64,000 nt of DNA from Paraspadella gotoi (lineage: Eukaryota; Animalia; Chaetognatha): positions 306,415-370,414 of the forward strand of contig CM119268.1 in NCBI GenBank assembly GCA_051294375.1. The letters run 5' to 3'. The notes under the pieces were generated by a model, which saw nothing but the letters and a program-made list of their open reading frames with translations, did no database searches and had not been told where the DNA came from. The translations under genes were made by a program, and so were the position numbers. Below are positions 13,813 to 29,596 of this stretch, piece after piece. How positions within the stretch are numbered: position 1 is the first letter of the stretch; each line of letters starts with the position of its first letter.

Positions 13813-14121
13813 ATGAAATTGGTACAACCAATATAAAAATTATCCATTCATTTAATAAATAAGCTATCTTGCCCCTGACTTTGGACAGGCTTTGGTGGTT
13901 TAAGGCCTCCATCACTCTTACAGGATAATAACATAGCAGGTCCCTGCAAGCTTTCAATCAAGATTCTCTCACAGTCTCGTTAATTCACTCCCACAGTACT
14001 TGGCTTCCCTATCAATGAAGTGGTATAATGTTTCAAAGAATGTTTCAATTGTATGAAAAGAAAACTCCCTTAAGTATTAGATCGGGGAATACTATAATGT
14101 ACTCCGCATTAGCATCAAAAT
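13813..14121. repeat. ~300-bp dispersed repeat; direct copy at 36834-37132 and a fragment at ~48330-48376
   Basis: Colinear match ATGAAATTGGTACAACCAATATAAA...GCTATCTTGCCCCTGACT...AGCATCAAAA. Confidence 0.8.
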
Positions 14122-14489
14122 ACAATGATAGTCATAGCCGATGAAATTTAAATGCTAATGTATACAGCATTAAAATAATCTTTCATGACCATAGATTATG
14201 GTATTAAAATATTTTTTTTCAAAAATGCTTTCTTCTGAGGGTACTAACTTAATTAAAAATATTATATTACTATATAGAGCAAAAAATATTTTTTAAAAAT
14301 CTTAAAATTTTTTGATGGATTCTGATAGAGCATGAAAAGTTAAACAAGAAATAGTATTGGTGATTAACATCGTTTTATGAGGAAAACGCATATTATTTTT
14401 ATTTGAGCAATATATTTCGGTTAACATTGCTTAACCGTAGTTCATTCGCAAATGATGATACTGTTAAGCCTTGATTACATTTTATTACA

Positions 14490-14497
14490 TATATAAA
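14490..14497 (+). promoter_or_regulatory. Probable TATA box of the ADH gene, with a non-coding leader exon (~14520-14550) and 5'UTR intron 14551-14762
   Basis: TATATAAA(GGC); GTATGT donor at 14551; polypyrimidine TTTTCCCTTTCAG acceptor 8 nt before the ATG. Confidence 0.5.
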
Positions 14498-14770
14498 GGC
14501 AGCAAAAAAAATTGTTCCATCGATCAATCTTTTCATTAATCCACCCTAATGTATGTATGTATATAAATTTTTTACCCTCTTAAGTTTTTGACTTTTTTGT
14601 ACAGAATCTCAAAAGAGAAAGAAAAAAAGAGAATAGTTTGAAAAATAATCTTAAATTGTATTTGCACATAACTCGTTTTCACCAAAATCTTACTTTAGTA
14701 AAACTAACCTACCCATAATTTGCTTATATTTATATTTCTCTCAGTATACTTTTCCCTTTCAGCTACCGAA

Positions 14771-18083
<3,313 letters not shown>

Positions 18084-18178
18084 GGTTAAACAATTATATG
18101 ATATTGAACAAAGAAGCTTGTGTTTTAAGTGATTATATAAAAACTAATTTAGACGATTGCTAAGCATAACTAAATAGA

Positions 18179-18184
18179 AATAAA
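18179..18184 (+). terminator. Polyadenylation signal of the ADH gene
   Basis: AATAAA about 95 nt after the stop, followed by GT/T-rich sequence. Confidence 0.5.
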
Positions 18185-18350
18185 AATATTATGTATTTGG
18201 TTGGTAATTTTTATTTATTTATTTTTTGCAACTAATTAGTAAGTGGAAATATCTTTTGTCTCTAGTTGTGTCCAAAGACATGAAAATAGAGTTATAGATT
18301 TTTTTGTATTTATTTGTATTATGGTGGACTAAAATCCACCAACCGTTCAT

Positions 18351-18500
18351 CAGCCGGAGGCAAGTCATTCGCCTCCCAACCCAAAGGTCCGGAATTTTTG
18401 CCCGGTAGCTGCCTAGCAGTTAAGAGGGACGGGGCGCTTAACCCGCCTGTAACACGGTGTTACAGCCTGATCCGATGCTCAGGGACTGCTTATATTCAAC
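18351..18500 (+). mobile_element. SINE-like element, same head family as 15760-15820
   Basis: GCCGGAGG..CCTCCCAACCCAAAGGTCC, with a hairpin-rich tail (CTGTAACAC-G-GTGTTACAG). Confidence 0.45.
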
Positions 18501-18995
18501 GGTTCTGTCACTAACATATAACAATTATCACTGTCTCTTCAGTATTTATATTTATTCATACAGTGAGTCCGTAGACCATGGGACAGTGGTTATTAAGGCA
18601 GGCCATATTTTAACATTTTTTTACAATATGAAATATTCAGAAAAATTATAATTTAGCCCAAAAATTGTTTTATATAGTATTTGAATAATATAAAATAGTC
18701 TCCATGCGTTTATCTATAAGATAAATCTTATAATTTTTTTATTTTCATGATCTTTAATAAACATATTAACAATATTTATACCGGAATTCTGTTAGTTTGT
18801 AACATGTTCCTCCTTAGTGGTTATACACAATACAAATCAGATACAATGCAGTTTATCGAAGTTCAACTTTCAATCACGTTTACAAATCGGACGGTAATTA
18901 AAATTATTACTAAACAAGATATAGATCAATATGACAAACTTTTTGTTTAAGGAATGTAAGTTAATTTAACGAAATCCGGATTTCAAACACACTTA

Positions 18996-19953
18996 CATGG
19001 TGACAATTTTACAAGCGCCGGTAGAAATACGCTGTTATTTGCAAACCAGTGGTTATTTCATTGATTTTAAAAATTAGTTGAGTAGATCATATTAAAGTCA
19101 TTTATGTGTTCAAATTTTATATTGATCAGTTAAGATATGCCTTGGCAATGAGTGGAGAAAGTTGGCTTGTAAAATCGGGTTTAATTTTCCAACTCACTGT
19201 TTTTAAATTCAATTTGTTTTTCAACGTTTAGCTCTTTCTTAAACAAAGTATTTATTAAGATATTAACAATATTAATATCCTCAGAAAGCCCTTAAAAAAT
19301 GAAGAGAATGAGATACTAACGAAAGCTCTAACATTAAAATTAAGCTGCCCAGCCTTGGTTCAATTAAGAGAGTCAAAAGTTAATTATCTAAAATTTCAAA
19401 TCTTTTTTTTAAATATATAACCTGATTAAATTATTATAACATAAAATATTATTATTTATATAAGTATCATGAAAGAGCCTGAAAAAAGGAGATTTAAGAT
19501 AGCCAAACACAATTTGATAAAAATCTTAAATTTACCCTCCAGCTATTGATTTTTGGAAAGATGTCTTGTTTTTGAGTATCCTAATTAAATTAAAGCTGGG
19601 CCGGTTAAATTTTATACTACAGTATTTGAAAGTATGTCATTCTCTTTAGATTTGAAAGGGCTTTCAGAAGATAATAATATTAATATTATTTTATTTTAAA
19701 TTTCTTCAAAAAACTTAATGAAAGTAAGAAAAAAAAATTGAATCTAAAAAAGTGAGTTAGAAAATGAAACTCGATATTACAAGCCAACTTTCTCCACTCA
19801 TTGCCAAGGCATATCTTAACTGATCAATATAATATTTTAACACATAAATGACTTTAATATGTTCTACTTAACTAATTTTTAAAATCAATGAAATAACTAC
19901 TGGTTTGCAAATGACAGCGTATTTCTACCGGCGCTTGTAAAATTGTCACCATG
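18996..19953. mobile_element. Non-autonomous foldback MITE, Tc1/mariner-type (TA target duplication)
   Basis: TA|CATGGTGACAATTTTACAAGCGCCGG...CCGGCGCTTGTAAAATTGTCACCATG|TA. About 200 bp of near-perfect TIRs, with degenerate self-complementarity continuing inward. No ORF. Confidence 0.85.
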
Positions 19954-20473
19954 TACTAATCATACAGTAAAAACTATTAATTAACAAGATATAAATCAAT
20001 ATGAAAAACATCAAAAATAAACATGACAAATTCTTTACTTTTATTTTCTCTCTTTGAAACGAGAAAATCCCTGGTATCCTAATTGAATAATCGTCCTCAA
20101 AGAAAGTAAATCGATTCATAAATTAATGGGACGTTACTGAAGGTCTGGCTCTTATCTTTTGTTTTCCATAGTAAAAATAGTGAAGGTCTCAGACTGGAAG
20201 AGACCTCCGTTGGAAGAAACTGACGGTATATAACTAGATGGTATAAACTTTTCAAACCAAATTTTTGTATTTATTAACCTTATTGTTATTTTTATTTCTG
20301 AAATTTTATTTTATAAAATTTTAGATTAAACATATTTACGAAAAAATGAAGAAAAACAGTCAAAAATACCAAAAACTTTCCCAGAGTAACAAAAAGGCTG
20401 GAAATTAAAATAATAATTGTAGGTTATGTAAATGATTAAGCCAAACTAGTTAGTCCAATAACGATATAATTAA

Positions 20474-23400
20474 TCAAACATATTCTTTTCTTGATTTTTC
20501 TATCAAACTTTTCATGCATGAAATCATAACTGTTGGATTCTCTTCTTTCATTATTTTTTCTTTCTCAACAAATCTTTTTATTTTTTCTCCTTTTATTTCA
20601 TTCATTTTCTTGGTTAAAACTTTTTTCTTTCTTTCATCCACAATAATTTTTCTTGTTTCTTCAAGATTCACTTCATTTTCTTTTATTTCCTCTTTAGTTT
20701 CTTCAATAAAAACTTTTAATATTTTTAGTTTAAACTCCAAAGCTTTTTCTTCATTCAAATCTGACGAAAATTGCCAAAAGCCGCAGTTCAATTCAGATTC
20801 CAACTGATTCAAGAGCTTACATTGGAGGTCCGCTTGTAAGGGCAGTTGCTTGCTTGTTGCCCTGTCATCGTCAACGGTCTGGATAGAGAGGTCTAGATTT
20901 CTCTCAAATTCTTTGACTTTAATCTCGAGCTTCAATTTTTCATTTTTTTTAAACAAGAAATAACCTTCTCTCAAAAATTGTATGTATTCCTCCAGCTCGT
21001 TTTGTCTTTGAAATTCCGACGACAGATTCTGAATTTTATCTTTCATTCTAAGAAAAACTCTTTTTTGGGATTGGCGTTTCTTCACTGGAGAAAGTTTATC
21101 TGAAATTTGTAAAGGGTAATCCTCTGTAGAAATATATTCTGATAAGCTGTTTGTATCACGGCTTGATGAAGTTTTCAGTGACTTATTTATTTCATAAAGA
21201 GCTGCGTTCATACTTTTAATAGTTTGCTGAAGTCCGGATGTAACTGATGCACTTAAGCTGCTCATTTTGGGCTCGAATCCATCCCAGCGTGGCGTTTCAA
21301 GCTCAACAATTTCTATGTTATATACTTTTTTTTTAAACCAGTAGTTATCGTGTTTGTACTTGTTTTCCAGAAATTCCAGCCGAAGATTTGTATGATGTTT
21401 GAGAAAGAATTTTAACAATGCTGAAAACAAATTTGGCATACGATTCAAACAATCTTTAAATGAGCAAAGTTTAAGAGATTGACTGTTGCGTATGAAACGC
21501 AAAGCATCCACTGTTGATTTAGTGTTAAATTCTTGAACTTTAGAATTCTCTTTAACTGTTTCCTCCCATTCTTTTCTGACACCCAAAAGATATTTGAAGT
21601 TGTTGCCCGTAACAATAGTCGAATATTTTTCCAAATCTGCTAATATGTGAGAATTAGAACTGCGTCCAAAACGGAGTTGAAGGGAGGAATTGATTGCTTC
21701 TACAAAAAATTTGTTAACTTCTTCAGAATTCCAAAAAAATGCGGATGAAAGAAATTGCTTTGCAGAAGGGAAGGGTAGATCATTATACCCGATGCCAAGT
21801 TTAATCACGTGTTTTAATAACGGATTTTTACTACATAAATTAAAATCTAATTCTTCTATTATTAATTTTTTTGTTTCTTCTGTTGTTGATGTTGAATTCC
21901 ATTTTTCATAATTTATTTTTAATAAATGTTCACGAATAATCTTGACTTTTTGATTCATACCTCGATCTACAATATACATCAAATACATCATAACAGAGAG
22001 ACACCATATGTCATATTTTTGCATATCCTCATGATAAATAGTTATGTCTTTAAATAATGGTCTCATTCTTATGGTTTTTTTAAATCCAGAAATTTGTGCA
22101 ATGTATTTTGACGATTTGCTATCTTTCGTTAGTACAATGCTTGAGGGATTGAGGTTCAAGTGAACAAACCCTTTTTCATGTAATTCCATTATAAAAATTA
22201 AAATTTGTTTGGATATTTCTTTCATATCAAGGGGAGTATTTTGGGCCAAACAAGTTTCCAGTGTAATCAAATTGTTACTGTTTATATCAGTTTGTAAAAT
22301 ATTGTTTTTGATGGAGGAAATTTCAAGGTTAGTAACAAAGTAAATTATGTTTTCAGGCTTATCTCCTTTTTTTACATTCTCATCAATTAAAGAGTCTCTT
22401 TCACAAAACTTTGAATTTTCTACAATGTTTTGAAGCAAATCAAAAAGATTAATCTCCAATTTCTGTATTCTGTCGTCATTACCAGGATTTTTTAAGAGTT
22501 TTAATGGAGTATTACCATCATCAGTCAAGAATAAAAGCAGATGGAGTCTTGTATAATCTTTTAGAGAGGCGATCGGTAAAGTTGCGATGTAAGAAAACAA
22601 TATGTCTAGAATATCTAATTCTTCTAAAGCCATCTTGAAAATATTTTTGTCTATAATTTCTTGAAGTTTGTCTTGAATTGTTATTTGTCCGTCTATGAAT
22701 TTATTTATTTTAAGGTAAGTAAACAATCGTATATCCTCTCTCTTTGTTATAGAAGATTTTAGTGCAGTTTCTAAAAGACCAGATGATTCGATGTTGAGTA
22801 ATTTTTCTCTGTCATTCTCGTTAAGAGCTTCAAGACAATTAATGACTATTACAGAGTTGAGAGTAATTTGTTTTTTAAGATAAGAAAACAAAGCCTCAAA
22901 ACAGTTTTCGCTCATAACAAAGCATTTCTTTTTTAAACCTTTAAAAATATTGTCTTCTGTTTCTTGAGAGTTCCTTGCCGCTTCAAACATCAACATGAAT
23001 AAAATGGAGAAAACAGATGAAAATGCTATGAACAAAACAACACTAATAGAGCCAATAGATTTTTCTCCATTCATGTGATACCAGGGCACCATGATAGTTA
23101 GATTAATAAATGTACTAAAAATGTGGTAGCAAAAAATATGTTTTAAATAGTTTGTAGTTGCTTTGTTAGTAGTGAGATCATTGGCATCTTTCCAAATTTT
23201 TTTGTCTGGGTCTCTATAAGTGGTTCTGTGCTCCAAGAATGTAAAAATAAAAATCCAGCCTCGATTAAAAAGGCGTAAGAAAATATGTTGAAATGTAAGT
23301 AAACGAATACATGAACATTTTTTTGTATCTTGAAACAATAATTTAGTGTCCATGTAATTAAACTCAACACCAGCACCAATTAATATCATTGTAGCAAATA

Positions 23401-25768
23401 ATATAAATCCTCCACTTGTAAAGTAGCTTAACAAAACAGCAAGGGATATACATTTTGCTGACACAATGGGAAGTTTCCAAAAAACAATTAATAAATAACC
23501 TAGTAATGTCGGGTCTTCTTTTAAAGGATGCATTTTTAATTTTGTATCAATGTAGTCACTAATAGCTAGTGCCAGCGTAACTAAAGAAGATCCAATTGTG
23601 AAGACTCGGTTGAAAGTCAACATATTTGAATCACAGCCAAGAAAAATATAAATTTGAAGTATTGCTTGAGGTGCTGATTCAAAAAATGCATCTTCAATGG
23701 ATTCTTCTGACAAAATGACTAAGTGTCTAAACAGCTTTGACATTTCTGTTTCCTCTCCCTTACCTTCTTTAAAGGCAGCTTTGAGTACCTCAATTAATGT
23801 TCCACTTTTGCTGTTAAAGTCAATAGTATCAATTTTATCTTGAAGTTTTAATTTATTTTGTTCTAAAACAGAATAATCCTCGGATTTCTGTTTTCTGTTT
23901 TTAGTTTTTGATTTGTTTTTTCTTTCTCTATGAACGCAGCAGAAGCAATACCCGTATGAGTTTTTATTTGGGGGAAAAATCCAATCTTCAATCTTTTTCC
24001 ACAATGATTCTTCATACTTTGTTGCATGAACCTTTAGACTCTCCACCTTTGGATAAGGCTCATAATCTTTAGTCTTTATAAGTCCCATCTTCATCTGCAA
24101 ATCAGTTATTCTACACCATATTCTAATTTTTCCAGTTTGTCGTAATATAACGAGTATAGGAAGAATGGAACACAGGATTATCTTAAAAATTGATATGAAG
24201 ATATAATACAAACAGAATAGTAGCCAGCAAAGCTTTCTACTCCTCTCCTTAATATTGATTATAAATTGAAAAAAGTTTTTGAGATTTGTTCCTTGGAGTT
24301 TTTCTGACCTAATTTCGACTCTTTGATAAATGTACAAATGGATTAACTTTTCCATGCTGGATCCCCAAACTTTTATGATTTGGGGAAGATAAATAAAAAG
24401 AAGTGTGAAGCCAAACCACCCCGGATGAGCTGGGCCTGTGAACAGTGTAAATAAAATATTTTAGGATATTGGTATAAATTCTAGAAATATTGTTAAACTT
24501 ATATTTACCATAAAAACTTTTCTTAGTAGATTCAATATCAGCCACATCCTCTTCTTCGCAAATTAATTTCTTCATGTAATAATCTGCACAAATTATGTAG
24601 TCAGAGCCAATGTCAGCGGCCAGGCCAAGGATTGAACCAACTTTAAGCGCAAATATAAAAAAGAATTTCAAATCTTGTCGACAAATATGATAAATCATTT
24701 TGATCCAGGCGATGGGGGTGGTGGCCAAGTCCAAGAATATGTTATGGATCATCAGGAGTAAAACCATGGGGAATGAGACTCGAGATGCTGGCGGTTGTAA
24801 AGTTGGTAGCTGAGAAGAGTCGAGTCGGGTAGGAGGGTTGATGGGTGAAGGAGTGATAGGTTCACTTAGCTCTATCGGTGATTCGGTTTCTGAAAAAAAA
24901 TAAGAGAAACAATGAGCAATCGACAGAAATATGGTAATGGTGATTAAAAAACCAGTTTTGCTTCAAAAATAAATAATAATATGATCATTGTTCATGATAT
25001 TTAATTGTATACTCTGCAATCTCTGGTACGTTTCATCTATAGTGACCCTATTTGTTGTTTCTTACCAAGTGTCTTTCTCCTTCCCATGGAATCAAACAGA
25101 CCCGTCAAGGAGAATCTAAAAGCTGTTGTGGAGGCTGATGATATTTCAGTTGACGTTGGAGATTCGATAGTTCCTAACTGGTTGCCAGACATGTTTAGGG
25201 ACAAGTTGGTGCCACGTCTACTAGCTAGCGTCTCTCGTGAGGCAGAAAGATCCTTGGAAAGGTAGGATATTTCATCATTTGGTCGCAGAAGAATTGGCGT
25301 GCGGGTGCACAAGAGTTTGTGCACATCATGTGAAGAATCTAGAGTTGTGTCTTCAACATTACTTGATGCAAAGTTCATGCAATTTATTTTCTGCTCATCC
25401 ATATTTTTACTGCTGCCAAAAAGATCCGAATAGTTGAGGTTAAAACTTGAAGGCGGCTGAAATCCTTCAGTGCAAGAAGCTTGGACGGGCGATTGGGCAA
25501 TGGATGGGGTGAGGAGAGGAGCGGATTCCACAGCTTTGTCAAAATAAAACTTAAGAGGCGTTGATGTCTTTGCTTGTTGAAATTTACTATGTCCCGAAAG
25601 TAAATTAGAGAGGTTATTGTTTTCACTAATGTTGTCATCATCTTCTTCCTCATCATGCAATGGATGGTCAGATGTAGAAGTTATCTTACCCCGAAAATCT
25701 TTGTCGTCATCATCGTCGTCGATAAACAAACATACTTCTTTATTGTCAAATGATTCACTAGTTGCCAT
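20474..25768 (-). CDS. XK-related (XKR/CED-8-like) membrane protein fused to an ankyrin-like segment, IRE1/RNase L-like pseudokinase, KEN-like RNase domain and coiled coil; ~1681 aa; exons 25768-25066, 24889-24509, 24435-20474
   Basis: Kozak-type GCCATGG start. Two phase-1 GT-AG introns join three ORF-track frames into one 5046-nt frame. XK motifs DIGSDYIICADYY, WFGFTLLFIYLP, EDAFFESAPQAILQIYI. Kinase-like LHEKGFVHLNLNPSSIVL, ISGF, DIWCLSVMMY, PSAKQFLSSAFFW. KEN-like FNTKSTVDALRFIRN...RMPNLF. Confidence 0.85.
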
Positions 25769-25945
25769 GGCGACTGGGTTATATTTTAGAGAAAACAAAT
25801 TGAACGATATTACTGTTTAGGACAAAATGATAATTTTTTGAATCAGATTTTAAATTTTGCTGTCGTTATAAGTTTTTCTGCCTGATTGTTTTTCAAGTGG
25901 CTTTCAGGTTCCAGTTTAGAACGAGTTTGAAAAAAAAGCCGATAC

Positions 25946-25992
<47 letters not shown>

Positions 25993-26263
25993 GAGAAAGA
26001 GAGACAGAGAGAGATAAGGCCGGTTTTACTAATTGAAAATCAGAAGAGTTAACCAACTCTGAGAAAAAAATTTGCATAGAAGCTTTAATCAAACTATTGT
26101 TCTGATGAAAGAATATTTAGGTGCAATACAGATCTGACTCCCTAACATTGACAACAATTTAATCAGACTGTTAAAGCAAGTTAAAGTAACAAAAACATTC
26201 TATTAATACTTGTAACTAAGAAAAATTGTTTAGAATATATTTATAATTTTTGGAATTTATTTA

Positions 26264-27276
26264 AAAACAAGTTTGAGCAAACAATGTCGGATCTGCCAAC
26301 GATCATTATCGGTAATTAATTAATCAATTAATTAATTAATTTGATCCAAAATGTTTGTTTTGATTGATTAATTGACTGATTAATTAATTTTTGATTAATT
26401 AATTTACTAATTGATTAAAAAAAAACTCACCCAGATGGTTATTTGGGTTAAAGAACACTGGAATGTTGGCTCTAAGGTCTTGTGAGTCTGATTGAAAACT
26501 AAGTAAGAGAAAACACGGAGGAAAAGGTGTAAAAGGGGCGGTATATTGTGCTGACTAAAAGAGAAATGACGAAAAAATGGGAGAAAAATATCAAACTGGG
26601 AGAGGGCCGGGAGTATGAGAGAGAAAAAAGTGTGAGTGAAAAACCTAAACCCAAACCTGCGACTCGTGCGTGAATCGCCGGCGACATCGCTATTTGAATG
26701 AACTACAACTTAGGCTCAACCCTGAAACCTCGGCAGGAGAATGAGGAGGAGGAAGAGGATGATGATGAGGGGGTGCTCGGGTGCGAGGCCCTATCGGCTC
26801 TTTCTGGTTGGATCTGCTTATTAGCAGATTCAGACGCTATAATTCACTTTGTCACTCCGTCAATTTTACCATATCAGAATATCAAATTATGATAAATTAT
26901 GCAAAAAAACATGTCGGTCCGTCCGTCCGTCCGTCTATCGGTCTCCCCTTAACATTAAGCTCTAAATACTTGTGATTGGATGGATGGATTGGCATGAAAC
27001 TTAGTGCCTCTGTAGGAAAGTGTATGATTGAGCTGGATAAAAATATTTTATGGAATCGTGCGAGTGGAAATGATATTAAATGAAAAAAACATAAGTCATA
27101 TTTACTTAATGCATTTTTACTTATATTTACTCATAATTATTACATTTAATTTGATGTGTGAGTAGGAAAGTATGTGATTAAGCTGGATATAAATTTTTGA
27201 TGCAATCGTAGGAGTGGAAAAGAGTTTAAAACAGAAAACCAAAAGACACATTTATTTCAAAGTTTCTCTCTCTCTC

Positions 27277-27300
<24 letters not shown>
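26264..27300. mobile_element. HINE-like fragments (3' end on the minus strand at 26264; 5' portion on the plus strand from ~26809)
   Basis: Same subTIR and stem-loop ends, (GTCC)n and GAGTGGAAA/GGAAAGTGTGTGATT blocks as the other copies. Confidence 0.6.
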
Positions 27301-27308
<8 letters not shown>

Positions 27309-27369
27309 CAAAATATGCCAGTTGACCAAATTATGCCGGTTGACCAAATTATTAGACAAATTATGGGAC

Positions 27370-27482
27370 ATGTTGTTCCCGAAATTGGCGAGTTAAAGGT
27401 CCCTCCAAGGCGATTCCAACATGTAAACTTGGATCTCGTTAAAATGCCTACTTCAAACAGATTTCAACCCTTACTTACCTGG
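27370..27482 (+). mobile_element. Gypsy-type LTR retrotransposon integrase remnant
   Basis: Translates as VPPRRFQHVNLDLVKMPTSNRFQPLLTW, resembling the RFxHVHIDLVGPLPxSNGxxYLLT start of the rve core. Confidence 0.55.
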
Positions 27483-28308
27483 GAAGATGGGTATCTAGCT
27501 AAGGGTAGGTACTAACTAGTCTCTCATCAGGGAAAAGAGGTAAGAAGGGTAAGGAATATATTGGTAATGGTTAAATAGCTACATCAAAGGGAACAAGGGT
27601 ACATAAAAGGGAGAGAAGGGAGAGGGAAGGTTTGCAGACCCCGAAACCGAGAGGAGCAGTTGACAGAGAGTCCGATCTCCAAGACTCTATCCGTGACTCC
27701 GGGGATGAAGAGGAGGGGACGGCGAGGGGAGGAGGAGGCGTTGAGAGGGGGAAGAGAAGGCCCGGGGGAGAGAGAGGTTCTGGCGGTAGGGTGAGCCTCT
27801 ATCTTGCTTACAATAGTCGATCGATTTTCCCGCTGGCCGGCAGCGATCCCGTTAGAAAATACACTTACAGCGATGATTCTCGGCGCGTTAATTCATCACT
27901 GGATCAGTAAAGCGTAGTAAAATTTCTAAATTTAACTTTAATTAAAATTCTAAAAGTTAGGAACAAACAACATTATACTAATGAACATTTATGTAATAAA
28001 AAAAATTATAATAAATTTTACAATTTACGCAGTAGGCCATATTTATACTAGTACTAATCCAATAAATGTTAAAATTTCAAAACAGTTTTTTCTAAGATTT
28101 TTTTTGCAGATCCAAATGTTGATAAAAAGAAATATAACTCTTTTTGAAAAATTCCTTCATTAAGTGGGTCAATAATTAGAAAAAGCTATATTTTAAGCTG
28201 AAAATTAACTTTTTATATATTAAATATAGTTTTTTTAATTTTTAACCCACTTAATGAAAGAATTTTTAAAAATGATTTATATTTTCTTTTATCAACTTTT
28301 GACGAGTG

Positions 28309-28385
28309 TTAGGGTTAGGGTTAGGGGGTTAGGGTTAGGATTAGCGTTAGGGTTAGGGTTTAGGGTTAGGATTAGGATTAGGGTT
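28309..28385 (+). repeat. Short (TTAGGG)n tract
   Basis: About 12 imperfect TTAGGG units. Confidence 0.9.
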
Positions 28386-28906
28386 GTGGCAAGCTCCAGA
28401 GTCGAGACCACAGTTGATGAAGGGACTTGGCAGCATCAGCGTCACGTGACTAAAGTAGTGGCGCCACGAGTTTATGAGTTGGCGTTTAATGATGCAGGGA
28501 AAACGGGCCCGAGTTAAGATTTGTTTCAATCGTTTGTAAATTAATGTTTCATGAGCTATGAGATTCATTCGATGAGATTAATTGGTTTGATTTAATCGAG
28601 TAAAAACATTATATGAGATTCGAATTAGTTTTTCTCCAATATGTCGAAATGTACTTATTACATTTATTATTGAGAATTAAAAACGATTTGAGAGTAAAAA
28701 CGAAAATAATGTATTCATCATGAAATACAAAACAAGACTGAAAACAATCTGTTTTTCAAATTCAAAAGTAAACCGTCGTCAAAGAAAAGGTTTAAGAATC
28801 AAACGCCATCTTGTTTTATAAGAATAAGTTGAAATCGGTTGAAATGAAAACAAAAGATTGAATCGAGTTAAAATTATTAATAAAGATTTGAATTCAAATA
28901 TTTTAA

Positions 28907-28980
28907 GCCGCCCGGATGGCAGTGGGCTCTAAGCCAGGCGTCCCGGGATTCTCGGTACCGGGTTCGATTCCCGAGCGGAT
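28907..28980 (+). mobile_element. tRNA-like/SINE head
   Basis: GCCCGGATGGCAGTGG A-box-like sequence and B-box GGTTCGATTCC; no convincing anticodon arm. Confidence 0.5.
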
Positions 28981-29596
28981 TGATGATTTATAATAATAAA
29001 TCATCTCTTCGTTCGACGGCTTCATCCCCGCTGTTGGAACATAAGGGACTAAATATTACAAAAAATAAATTTGTTTGTCGTCTAACGAATGTTTGTAAAG
29101 TATGATGATAAAAATTGAATAAAAATTAAATGGGTTTTAAAATTGACGTTTCTGATTGACTTGATCGACTTTCTCATGACGCGAATCAAAAAGCAAATAA
29201 TAATCGTTCGTACGAGTACGAAAAATGTACAAAAATTCCCAATATAGAAAATTCAAAAAACAACATTATATAGGCAATAATACTGGTAATAAACAATAAT
29301 ATCAACTGTTGTAGCCACCGGCCTTGGTAATACGTGGAGGAAGAGACTAAAGACCGGTTGCAAACAGTTGATCTAACGCTTAGGCCTGACAGCGGGGATT
29401 TGTTTTTGTTTTTTTGTTTCTGTTCGTTGTCGTTATTGTTATTGTTTTCCCCGCTTGACGCTTTATCAAACTCTTACAGAAGGATAGCGTATATGTTGGC
29501 CGATAAGGCTTGTTGGAAAAGGGTTAGAGTTGTGATAAGGCGCGCTACGTGGGCTGAAAGAAACTGTCCGTAACTTCTAATAACCCCCCTCTAGCA

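Noticed and set aside
28910-28980. tRNA-Sec/tRNA-Lys resemblance (starts GCCCGGAT)
   Set aside because: No UCA or other well-formed anticodon arm and no long variable arm; treated as a SINE-like head.
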